A stretch of DNA of 56,281 bases, from positions 1-56,281 of the IMG/VR virus record IMGVR_UViG_3300042892_000077. One strand, 5' to 3'. The position numbers were made by a program, and so were the translations under genes. This DNA is from a virus (Duplodnaviria > Caudoviricetes). This document shows positions 30,743 to 38,852 of the stretch, piece by piece (position 1 is the stretch's first letter; every line of letters starts with the position of its first letter). The notes beneath the pieces are model-generated. The model ran no database searches, was not told where the DNA came from, and was given only the letters and a program-made list of their open reading frames with translations.

Positions 30743-30743
30743 G

Positions 30744-30983
30744 TTAATTTATCCCTTCAAAACCTGAATTAGAAATAGAACCCGTCTTCCCTTTGTGTGT
30801 GATGTACATCCTGCCGTGCTTGATCTCCACCGTGGTAGTACCACGTGCCACGTCTTCAATGCACATCACCATCAGTGCCAGTGCGACACCTCGTTTCTTC
30901 AGCAGATGCTGCTGGTACATGATGTACCCTGCCATCGCTGCATACACAGCCAGTGCCAGTAGCTCAGTCTCTGTGATCGTCAT
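30744..30983 (-). CDS. Small membrane protein
   Basis: Hydrophobic N-terminal helix. Confidence 0.5.
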   Translation of the reverse strand: MTITETELLALAVYAAMAGYIMYQQHLLKKRGVALALMVMCIEDVARGTTTVEIKHGRMYITHKGKTGSISNSGFEGIN

Positions 30984-31245
30984 GCCGTATTCCAATCCTA
31001 TGTTTAATGCACATCACTCGTGTCATCTCCGTTATCGTCTTAAACTTCTGCCATGACCCACCCGGTAGCCGAGCAGCAAACTGATGGGTGTGGACGTGGG
31101 TATCAAACCGCTTCACCATCTCGAATGCGTCATACCCCCTGTAGTAGATGGTGATGTCCCACTCGTCGCCCAACATCGTGTGCTGCGCCTTTGCTCGACT
31201 CCGAGTAGTTACCCCCACCTTGTAACCATCAGGCAGGGGCAGCAT
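30964..31245 (-). CDS. Hypothetical protein
   Basis: TGATG coupling to vWA gene; GGAG RBS. Confidence 0.5.
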   Translation of the reverse strand: MLPLPDGYKVGVTTRSRAKAQHTMLGDEWDITIYYRGYDAFEMVKRFDTHVHTHQFAARLPGGSWQKFKTITEMTRVMCIKHRIGIRHDDHRD

Positions 31246-32405
31246 CACATCTCCACCACTTCGCCGAACGGCGCAGTACCGGGGTCTGTCGTAACCCACA
31301 GCACAGGACAGTCAGGTGCATCGCCGAAACTGTTGCAGCACAGGTCAGTCAGGAACACCACAGCAACTGGCTCGATGTTGAGTTCAGCGATCTTGGCAAA
31401 CACCGGAGCAAAGTCTGTACCACCACCGCCGTGTGGCTTGATGTCCAGCGCATCGTCTGGGCCGTAGTCCTCAACGTGGCTGACCTCAGAGTCAAAGTAC
31501 AGCACGTGTACACGTGTCGGTAGCAGGTCTTCCTTGAACGTCGTGATCTCCGCTGCAAACTGGTTGATCACCTCGCTGGTGATGGAGCCGGAGCAATCCA
31601 CTGCGTATACAACCTCGCCCATCTGCTCACCGCTGGAGCTTGGCAGGTACAGGTTCTGTGCAATGAAGCGGCGGTTAGGCCGTGCCCAAGACCGAGTGTC
31701 AGCCTTGCACTTCTGGAGGAATCGCTGCATCACTTCACGCCAGTTAACCTTGGGGTGCAACACCTCGTCAACCAGTCGCTGCATGTTGGCAGACAACTTG
31801 CCCATCATCTTGGCAGCTTGCGCAGCCTGAGCAACCTTGACCTTCCACTCAGCCTGTGTCTGAGCCTGTTCAGCAGGGCCACCGGAGCCGTCCTCGCAGT
31901 TGTCCAGTGGGTCACCCTCACCGCCGTACTCACCGCTGTCGTCCTCTTGTGGCAGGATGTTGTAGATACCATCCGAAGTACCGTTGCCAGCGTTGTAGAT
32001 TTGCGGGTTCATCAGCCCCTGCTTGGGCATCTTGCCGATGTTGTCGTTGACCAGTAGCTGGTTGATCACGTAGTCAGCGGCCTTGTTCCAGCGCCGAGCC
32101 TGTCGCTCACCACGTCTGAAGTTGTGCTCCAGCATGGGGTGCATACACTCATGGGCCACAAGGAACTTAAGCTCCTCGTCTGTCAACGTGCCAATGAAGT
32201 CGGGGTTGAACACCACCCGCTTGCCGTTGGTTGCAGCAGTGGGTACTGCACGGTCAAGCAGGAACGGCATACCGAGGGCGATAGTACCGATGAACGGATG
32301 CTCAAGAATCAGGGCAGTCTTGGCTTTCGCCAGTCTGATCTTGAGCTTGGCTTCCTCAGCCGGAGTAAGGGGCTGAACTTCAGCCGGAGCAGTAGCAACA
32401 GACAT
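31245..32405 (-). CDS. Metallopeptidase-vWA fusion (DUF2201-like)
   Basis: TAATNG, AHECMH (HExxH), WNKAAD; MIDAS DCSGS, GGGGTDF, FLTD. Confidence 0.88.
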   Translation of the reverse strand: MSVATAPAEVQPLTPAEEAKLKIRLAKAKTALILEHPFIGTIALGMPFLLDRAVPTAATNGKRVVFNPDFIGTLTDEELKFLVAHECMHPMLEHNFRRGERQARRWNKAADYVINQLLVNDNIGKMPKQGLMNPQIYNAGNGTSDGIYNILPQEDDSGEYGGEGDPLDNCEDGSGGPAEQAQTQAEWKVKVAQAAQAAKMMGKLSANMQRLVDEVLHPKVNWREVMQRFLQKCKADTRSWARPNRRFIAQNLYLPSSSGEQMGEVVYAVDCSGSITSEVINQFAAEITTFKEDLLPTRVHVLYFDSEVSHVEDYGPDDALDIKPHGGGGTDFAPVFAKIAELNIEPVAVVFLTDLCCNSFGDAPDCPVLWVTTDPGTAPFGEVVEM

Positions 32406-32413
32406 GTAATCTC

Positions 32414-32776
32414 CTAGTTAAGACGAACGATTTCAACGAACTTGCCAGTGTGGTCAATCGTTGTGATGGAAGCACCAGTACCCCAGTGTTTGTTGCACCA
32501 CGCTGCCATCGAACCCCGCAGGTTCTCAGGTTTGAACTCAGCGAACGGAACCTTGGCAGCACCACCGGGTGGCATGTCCTTGAGGTACGGTATGAAGTGC
32601 TTGGTCAGCGACCCTACTGGATGCAGACTCGCAGCCCTTGTCCGCAGCTTGGCAGGAGGCAGCACTTGCAAGGTGCCGTACTCAGTACCATCAGGCAGGA
32701 TGATCTTGTACTGGGCCTTGAGACCAGTCAGTGTATTAATGGCCCTGTCGAAGGCGATTTGTTGGATAGTCAGCAT
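32414..32776 (-). CDS. Hypothetical protein
   Basis: 120-aa ORF with GGGAG RBS. Confidence 0.6.
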   Translation of the reverse strand: MLTIQQIAFDRAINTLTGLKAQYKIILPDGTEYGTLQVLPPAKLRTRAASLHPVGSLTKHFIPYLKDMPPGGAAKVPFAEFKPENLRGSMAAWCNKHWGTGASITTIDHTGKFVEIVRLN

Positions 32777-32777
32777 G

Positions 32778-33626
32778 TTATTTAGCTCCCATGAAGACGC
32801 TCATTGCGTCCATAATTTTCTTAGCTTCTGCTGCCGTATCACGGCGCAGGTCGGGGTCGTTACGCAGGGCGTCAGGATGCTTGATCAGTGACGCTTCAAC
32901 CTGTTGACGCATGGCCTCAAGGTTAGGGTCATCACTGAAGTTCAGCCTTGGTAGCAGGGCACAGATTTCACGAGTGTTCTCCAGCATGGAGTCACGGAAG
33001 ATCGCCTTGGGGTCAGCCAGCTTCTCAGCCATGTGCTTCACCCTGTCGTACAGCCGAGTCCACACCTCGCTCATGGCCTTGCCTTGTGCATCGGCAACAC
33101 GCTTCTCAACATCTTGTTGGATGCGGAGCAACTCTGCTGATGCGATGCTTACACGGAAGTCCGCAGACGGAACAGGGAACACGGCCATGTCCATGCTGAA
33201 CTTGTCAGAGACCTGCCACCGCAGTGGATAGTCCGACTCGTTGTACAGGTTGCCGAGTACCCGCTGGGCAGCGAGTTTGAGACTGTCGTAGTTGTCAACG
33301 AAGGTCTGCACCAGTGACTCCCACTCGCCCTTCTCCTTGCGGAAGTCGGACATGAAGTTGAGGTAGTTGCTGGTGGGCAGCATCATCGTGCCATCCATAC
33401 CCCACGGCAGTGTGTTGTCGTAGTACTTCTGCCGAATCAGTGTCGCTTTCTTGTGGACATGATCAAGCAGATCGTTCATTGGCAACAGCGACTTGTTGTA
33501 CCGGCCAGCACCCATCGTGGTGTTGTTGGCATCGGCCACCTGCCGTGTGGCAGTCTTGTCGTACTTACGGGCTGTCCACTGGCTGATGTTCAACTGAACA
33601 AGCAGGGCTCTATCGTTTAGATTCAT
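32778..33626 (-). CDS. DUF3150-like helical protein
   Basis: LVQLNISQWTARKYD, YNKSLLP, DYP motifs; position between AAA and vWA genes. Confidence 0.55.
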   Translation of the reverse strand: MNLNDRALLVQLNISQWTARKYDKTATRQVADANNTTMGAGRYNKSLLPMNDLLDHVHKKATLIRQKYYDNTLPWGMDGTMMLPTSNYLNFMSDFRKEKGEWESLVQTFVDNYDSLKLAAQRVLGNLYNESDYPLRWQVSDKFSMDMAVFPVPSADFRVSIASAELLRIQQDVEKRVADAQGKAMSEVWTRLYDRVKHMAEKLADPKAIFRDSMLENTREICALLPRLNFSDDPNLEAMRQQVEASLIKHPDALRNDPDLRRDTAAEAKKIMDAMSVFMGAK

Positions 33627-33687
33627 AGGATTCTCCTCTATACAGGTTGGTAGGTGTTAAGCACAGTAGATTACTAATAACCATCGC

Positions 33688-34674
33688 TCAAAACAGCACA
33701 TCTTGGTGGGCAATCGACCACTTGGTGAACGCTTGTGTGTTGGCAAGGTCGGGGTTACGCCGTGCTGCTTGGCTGATGGTCAACACGCTGAACTCTGGTG
33801 GCATACGCTCGGCGTAGGTACAGACCCTCTCGAAGTTGCCGTCCGTAGCTCGCTGTGCAATAGCACCAGACAGGGCATACAGAGTCGCAGGGTCAGAGGG
33901 CACATCACCAGCAGTGGGGTTCAGCAGGATAGCGTCAGGGTTGGGCAGCTTGCGGAAGATACGCAGGAACCCAACGAACTCAGCAGCAGCACCCTCACCG
34001 ACAGCACCCTTGAACGACTCGTACTCAGCCTCTGGTGGCACAGTACCAAGCACATCGGACACACCCTCAACCCATGATCGAGGTGTAGGGTTCTGGTCAC
34101 GCTGTGGGTCAGAGTCATGCAGCAGGTTGGGACGAAAGCGAATGAACGAGATTATCTCTGGCTTTACATCGTTGTCAATAGCCCAGCTTGTAAAGTCATC
34201 GAGGTGGGTCTCCAACTCGTACACAGTCTCTCGGTTACGCAGATGGGACAGCACACGGTTAGCACCAGCCCTGTCGGACTGCCTGTTGCCAGTGGACACT
34301 ACCTGCCATCCATCGGGCATCGACACACCGTGCAGATTACGGGCTTGGCAGATGTTTGCCAGCACCTTTTGAAGGTCACCGTTGGCTTGGTTGCGGTCGT
34401 CAAACAGCAGGATGCCACGCTCTGGGGCTTTGCCCTTGACAGGGAACCAGTCTGGCAGTCGGTACTTCAGACCGCCGTCACCATCGGGGAACAGGATACC
34501 GAAGTCCTCGACCAGCATGGTCGGCATGTGCCGTTCGATGCAGGGTACATCAAGCTCCTTGGCAACTTCATGTACGATGGTTGTCTTACCACCACCGGGA
34601 GCACCCTCGATGCAGATGGTACGCTGGATGGGGAACAGGGACTTGATAGTGTCCTTGAGAAGTGTAGCTCGCAT
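33688..34674 (-). CDS. MoxR/CobS-like AAA+ ATPase
   Basis: Walker A GAPGGGKT, Walker B LLFDD, sensor TGN, LRNR, PTPRSW. Confidence 0.88.
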   Translation of the reverse strand: MRATLLKDTIKSLFPIQRTICIEGAPGGGKTTIVHEVAKELDVPCIERHMPTMLVEDFGILFPDGDGGLKYRLPDWFPVKGKAPERGILLFDDRNQANGDLQKVLANICQARNLHGVSMPDGWQVVSTGNRQSDRAGANRVLSHLRNRETVYELETHLDDFTSWAIDNDVKPEIISFIRFRPNLLHDSDPQRDQNPTPRSWVEGVSDVLGTVPPEAEYESFKGAVGEGAAAEFVGFLRIFRKLPNPDAILLNPTAGDVPSDPATLYALSGAIAQRATDGNFERVCTYAERMPPEFSVLTISQAARRNPDLANTQAFTKWSIAHQDVLF

Positions 34675-34676
34675 GA

Positions 34677-34841
34677 TCAGATTCCTTTGAAAAGTTTATG
34701 GTCGGGGCCAGTGGATACCACCTGCCCATCCTGTCGTGAACCCTTGGCATCTTGCTTGTTGCCAAAGTACATGACCTCGCCGTGGATGTCCTTGACCACA
34801 TCTCCGCGTTTACCGTGCCGCAGCACAAACAGTCGCTTCAT
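34677..34841 (-). CDS. Hypothetical 54-aa protein MKRLFVLRHGKRGDVV...
   Basis: AAGGAG RBS and ATGA coupling; below the ORF-track cutoff. Confidence 0.6.
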   Translation of the reverse strand: MKRLFVLRHGKRGDVVKDIHGEVMYFGNKQDAKGSRQDGQVVSTGPDHKLFKGI

Positions 34842-35008
34842 TTGCTCTCTCCTTGGTTGATGTAATGTTCGATGCGCCAGAGCTTTTCCTGCATACCCTC
34901 CAACTCAGTTATGGTGAGTGTCTCCCCCTGTATAGCGGACTGCACCCTATTGAGCAGCGCCTCGATGTACCCCTCGGTCACGCCCTTGGATATGGTTATC
35001 TTGCTCAT
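34838..35008 (-). CDS. Hypothetical protein
   Basis: AGGAG RBS; ATGA coupling. Confidence 0.55.
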   Translation of the reverse strand: MSKITISKGVTEGYIEALLNRVQSAIQGETLTITELEGMQEKLWRIEHYINQGESK

Positions 35009-35220
35009 TTGGCATCTCCTCGATTGATAAACACACACTCGTTGGGGTGAGTTAGACCCTTGGAGTCCACATAGGACTCCCCACAGCCGACCATCCACTC
35101 TACGAGCAGAACAGCCATCAGTAGTCCGAACGCCAGTACTCCCAGTCCAGTGAAGAACCACTGAAGCAGTACCCTCCACAGAGGGCGGGAGGTGGCAATA
35201 ACCATACGACTCATCTTCAT
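35005..35220 (-). CDS. Small membrane protein
   Basis: TM helix followed by EWMVGCGE..Y...C motif. Confidence 0.55.
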   Translation of the reverse strand: MKMSRMVIATSRPLWRVLLQWFFTGLGVLAFGLLMAVLLVEWMVGCGESYVDSKGLTHPNECVFINRGDAK

Positions 35221-35432
35221 GTCGTCCTCTTTGGGTTAAGTTGTTTGAGCATCTCTGGGTCAGTGAACAGCATGTAATTGCTCTTGTTCATCGGGGCCAC
35301 AGTGTGTTTCTTCTGCTTGGCAGTAGCCTCCCCACAGGGCAGACAGGTTCGGTAGCCAAGCTGGGCTCTGCGGTATTCCACATGCCCTCCGTAACACTGT
35401 ACACACAGGTATCGTCTGTCTTCAGCACTCAT
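35217..35432 (-). CDS. Small zinc-finger protein
   Basis: CVQC...R..LGYRTCLPCGE; NKSNY motif. Confidence 0.65.
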   Translation of the reverse strand: MSAEDRRYLCVQCYGGHVEYRRAQLGYRTCLPCGEATAKQKKHTVAPMNKSNYMLFTDPEMLKQLNPKRTT

Positions 35433-36013
35433 GCTTCATCTCCTTGTGTTAGTTCATCTGTCATCTCGTTGGCTACTATCCAGTCCCACACCACTTCGTC
35501 ACTGGTCAGGTGGTCGTACTCTTTCTCCAAGTTCCTGTACAACTGCCGCATGTGGTTTCTGAAAATCTCCTTGGCCTGAGTCTCAAAGTCGTCCATCTCA
35601 GCATCCAGCAGGACTTGCCAAGCCTCGACAACCTGCTCCTGAAGCTCCGATGGCCTGTCGATGTACCAGTCAAGCCGGTCACAGTCGCTGTCGAACACAG
35701 TGCAGTTCTCGTGGTAGTAGTGCCCACTCTGTATTACTGACAGCTTGATACGCCCTCCACAGTCCAACAGCTTGCGTATCATGGGGAAGTCAGCAGGTGT
35801 AAAGTGACAGTCGAGAAACACTCGTCCGTCCTCAATCCATCCATCGAAGCAAGCACCATCCCCCTGTGACCAAAAGCCACTGTAGAACATGCGCTGCACC
35901 TCGATGCCCTTGGCCTTCATATCCTCGGTGAAGTTGCTGTACACACAGTCGTACCACTCGTCATACTCGGTGTTGATGGTGCGGTACTTGGTGAGCAACT
36001 CCTCCTTGGTCAC
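35429..36013 (-). CDS. Acidic hypothetical protein
   Basis: YSGFWSQGDGACF and LYRNLEKEYDHLTSDE; D/E rich. Confidence 0.65.
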   Translation of the reverse strand: MTKEELLTKYRTINTEYDEWYDCVYSNFTEDMKAKGIEVQRMFYSGFWSQGDGACFDGWIEDGRVFLDCHFTPADFPMIRKLLDCGGRIKLSVIQSGHYYHENCTVFDSDCDRLDWYIDRPSELQEQVVEAWQVLLDAEMDDFETQAKEIFRNHMRQLYRNLEKEYDHLTSDEVVWDWIVANEMTDELTQGDEA

Positions 36014-36183
36014 GGCTTCTCCTCGATGACGCCAAGCAGGTCTTGCTCGTAGTTCTCATCGTTGTGGTCGTTCTCCACGCTGAACTCCTCGTTCGCCATC
36101 TCGACGGCATCCTGCTCGTTGTCAGCCTGAACTTGCAGGGTCTTGGTTACCGTGGCTCGGATGGTGATGCTGTAGGTTTTCAT
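36010..36183 (-). CDS. Small acidic protein (DpnD/PcfM-like)
   Basis: MKTYSITIRATVTKTLQVQADNEQDAVEMA pattern. Confidence 0.5.
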   Translation of the reverse strand: MKTYSITIRATVTKTLQVQADNEQDAVEMANEEFSVENDHNDENYEQDLLGVIEEKP

Positions 36184-36530
36184 GCTGAGACCCCTGTCAG
36201 GATGCGCTCTTTGGCAATAGCAGCGTACCCCCCACGGGCCAGTCGTTTCATCCATTCAGCGGACAACAGCACTGTGGAAGTGTGAGGGTGAGACTGTGTA
36301 CGGTGCTTGGAGGTGGTAACGCTGTGCCTCTCCTCGTTCTCAAACCATACACCGTTAGCCTTGACGAACAGCGGCCAGTGAGCACCGTAGCTGTAAACCA
36401 CATACCACATGTCTGGGCCGTTGGTTCCATCGGTGTTGTTCTGAGTGCAGAACTGAGCGAACAGGTTGTTCCCTTGGAAAGGATGCTCCCGCTGTACCAG
36501 TGCCCTGCACTCCTTGTTTGCTACTTTCAT
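36180..36530 (-). CDS. Hypothetical protein
   Basis: CTGGAG RBS; YVVYSYGAHWPL...HSVTTSKH. Confidence 0.6.
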   Translation of the reverse strand: MKVANKECRALVQREHPFQGNNLFAQFCTQNNTDGTNGPDMWYVVYSYGAHWPLFVKANGVWFENEERHSVTTSKHRTQSHPHTSTVLLSAEWMKRLARGGYAAIAKERILTGVSA

Positions 36531-36610
36531 ATAGTCTCCAGTAGTGATGCAACATCGCATCCCACAACCCACTGTCACATGGGCTGTAAGCTGATATGTC
36601 AGCGGCGGTC

Positions 36611-36847
36611 TCAAAGGGTGCTGAACGCTGATGTGTCACCGTCGTAGAACCAGTCGGTGTACGAGTAGATGCTGCCCTCAGTGCTGAGGAACACACCGTA
36701 CAGTGGTTCGCTGTCGGCTTCTTCATAGCCAGCTTCTGACAGGGATACCATCAACCCCCGTTCATCAGCAATTTCTTCCCACTGCATCTCATCCACAAGG
36801 TCGAGTTCAAACAACTCACTGACAACTTTCACAGATGACTTGATCAT
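36611..36847 (-). CDS. Highly acidic hypothetical protein
   Basis: CTGGAG RBS; very D/E rich. Confidence 0.55.
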   Translation of the reverse strand: MIKSSVKVVSELFELDLVDEMQWEEIADERGLMVSLSEAGYEEADSEPLYGVFLSTEGSIYSYTDWFYDGDTSAFSTL

Positions 36848-36860
36848 GTCTATCTCCAGT

Positions 36861-36888
36861 AAAAACGCAGTGTGAGACGGCACACTGC
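36861..36888 (-). terminator. Rho-independent terminator after 36901..37191
   Basis: GCAGTGTG-N6-CACACTGC then GTTTTT. Confidence 0.6.
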
Positions 36889-36900
36889 AAACCGATACGA

Positions 36901-37191
36901 TTAAGCCAACTTGACAACAGTAATCTTCACAGCACCGGGGGCTTTGCGTTCTGGCAACAGAGCGATGTAAGGCTTACCCCAACGGTCAGACATCAACACT
37001 GGTGTATCACCAGTCGCTTCTGGCTTGAAAACCTTGGGTGTCAACTTGTTGGACTTGGCTACTGTGAGCATAGTCTTGTAAAGTTCAGCGATAGATTCGC
37101 TGTCAAACTTGCCGTCAACATCAGGCTTTACAACCACTTCCTTCTTGAGGTTGCTGAACAGAGAAACTTTACCTTGATAAATCTTAGCCAT
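36901..37191 (-). CDS. Early protein, paralog A
   Basis: AAGGAG RBS; aligns with 38153..38449. Confidence 0.75.
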   Translation of the reverse strand: MAKIYQGKVSLFSNLKKEVVVKPDVDGKFDSESIAELYKTMLTVAKSNKLTPKVFKPEATGDTPVLMSDRWGKPYIALLPERKAPGAVKITVVKLA

Positions 37192-37249
37192 GATGGCTCC
37201 TTAAACGAGGGTTATAAGACAGTGAACAGCGGAATCGCTGCCCAAAACC

Positions 37250-37278
37250 AGTCTGCCCCGCCCCGCCGCCGATGTCAA
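37250..37278 (-). promoter_or_regulatory. Sigma70-like promoter
   Basis: TTGACA-N17-CAGACT upstream of 37191. Confidence 0.5.
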
Positions 37279-37319
37279 GTTGGCCGCAGTTGTCCAAGAA
37301 CATGTCAAGTTATAAGGGA

Positions 37320-37890
37320 ATTTAGTGCAACAATCTAACTTGACAGTGTAAACAATCTGTGAAATAGGGGTGGGAATAGATTGCCAATAGATCGTGGGAA
37401 CCCGCATGGATGCTGGATAGTGTGCTATACAATCTGCATAATCTGTGGTTTTGGAAGTAATGTGGCGCTACAAAATTAGAAAGTGTCTATGCCATATTAT
37501 GAAATGAGAGCAGAAATAATTTTGTATAGGAAAGGGTATGAAAAAATCACAGATTATACAGATTGTTAGATTGTTGTAGTGTATATATTGGCTTTCTCTT
37601 TTTCGTAAGTGGTTGATTCATATGGCTAATCTGGACTACTTTACGTGTAAGGTATGTAAGGTTTTACGATCTAAATTCCACTAAATTGCGTATAGTTAAG
37701 AACAGATTGTTGGAGCGTATAGTTAGATTGTGTCAGTTTAGCCTGTTTACCCGTGAAATTGTGTAAAGTTGCTGTATACTGTACGTATAAGGGTGTAAAG
37801 TCGCCGTAAGTGCGAGCCATGACCCCCCGACGTATAGTGTATTTATACATGAACGAGGAAAAGCGGACGTAACGTGGCACTTTACACAAA
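37320..37890. repeat. AT-rich non-coding region with iterated ACAATCT/AGATTGT, GTGTAAAGT and CGTATAGT motifs; putative origin/control region
   Basis: Multiple motif copies; 19-bp inverted repeat 37429-37447 / 37548-37566 with 1 mismatch. Confidence 0.6.
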
Positions 37891-37900
37891 TTTAGAACGA

Positions 37901-37925
37901 GAAAAAGCCCGCTTTCGCGGGCCTT
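37901..37925 (-). terminator. Rho-independent terminator
   Basis: AGGCCCGC-GAAA-GCGGGCTT followed by TTT. Confidence 0.75.
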
Positions 37926-37930
37926 ACATC

Positions 37931-38086
37931 TCATCGGTCGCGGTCACACTCGTTGCGAGCTGAGATCGTGAGGATTATCCAGCCCAGACCGAACATTGCA
38001 ACCCAAAGCCAGTTGCCTTCAGGGATTAGAACAGTCAGGGAGCAGCCGATCATGGTGGCACCGGCAAGGGTCATCAAATAATTCAT
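37931..38086 (-). CDS. Small two-TM membrane protein (51 aa)
   Basis: MNYLMTLAGATMIGCSLTVLIPEGNWLWVAMFGLGWIILTISARNECDRDR; CTGGAG RBS; terminator follows. Confidence 0.65.
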   Translation of the reverse strand: MNYLMTLAGATMIGCSLTVLIPEGNWLWVAMFGLGWIILTISARNECDRDR

Positions 38087-38108
38087 ATCATTCTCCAGTT
38101 TTAAGGGT

Positions 38109-38140
38109 AAAGAAGAAGGCAGGGAGCCTGTGCTCCCTGC
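38109..38140 (-). terminator. Rho-independent terminator after 38153..38449
   Basis: GCAGGGAGC-ACAG-GCTCCCTGC then CTTCTTCTTT. Confidence 0.55.
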
Positions 38141-38152
38141 GATCTCACACTA

Positions 38153-38449
38153 TCAGGCCAGTTTTGTCACTGTGCGCTTCGCTGCGGTTTCTGCCCGCTT
38201 GCCCAGCAGGGCAATGTAGGGGTTACCGAAACGATTTGCCAAGAGCAGCGGTTCAGTGCCGCCTTCAGTGACAAAGAGAGAGTACTTGTTGATCGGTGAC
38301 TTCAGCTTTTTGCTGAACTCTTTGATCTTGCTGTAAATCTCTGCCGCATCGGCTGCTGTAAACTTACCTTCGGGGTCTCGCTTGATAGCGATCTCACCCT
38401 TGGAATTTTGAACAACGGAAACGGCACCTTCAAAGGTCTTTGCAGACAT
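38153..38449 (-). CDS. Early protein, paralog B
   Basis: CTGGAG RBS; aligns with 36901..37191. Confidence 0.75.
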   Translation of the reverse strand: MSAKTFEGAVSVVQNSKGEIAIKRDPEGKFTAADAAEIYSKIKEFSKKLKSPINKYSLFVTEGGTEPLLLANRFGNPYIALLGKRAETAAKRTVTKLA

Positions 38450-38529
38450 AGTAGAACTCCAGTACAGATTGTTAAAGAGCGGTAGCGGTTGCTACCGCCC
38501 TGTCAGTGCAAGATTGCATCGACAAATTC

Positions 38530-38557
38530 AGACTATCAAACTATACGATAATGTCAA
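38530..38557 (-). promoter_or_regulatory. Sigma70-like early promoter
   Basis: TTGACA-N16-TAGTCT. Confidence 0.55.
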
Positions 38558-38817
38558 GTAGCAGGGGAGAATATACCCGACCAGACTGTAGGGTTATTCC
38601 TTCGCGCCTTGCCGCTGCGGGCGCTAGCGAGGCAGGGGGAGGGGGGGTACATGGCCTGCCAGCCGCGACCCGGCCCCTATATACCCCAACTCCTTAAACC
38701 ACGACCCACAAAAAGCACGTGTAAAGTTAGACCCCCCACTTGCCCCATTCCCAAAAAATCGCGCCCCCCAAAAAGGAACGTGTAAAGTTACCTGACCACC
38801 ACCCAAGCACATGCCTC

Positions 38818-38846
38818 TTGACAGCAGCGTACATACGGCATAATCT
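38818..38846 (+). promoter_or_regulatory. Sigma70-like promoter for terS, probably leaderless
   Basis: TTGACA-N17-TAATCT, 6 nt before ATG 38853; no SD. Confidence 0.65.
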
Positions 38847-38852
38847 GCGCTC

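Noticed and set aside
37201-37934. ORFs 37201..37407 and 37671..37934
   Set aside because: They overlap promoter and repeat motifs and a terminator, and have atypical composition; the region looks non-coding.
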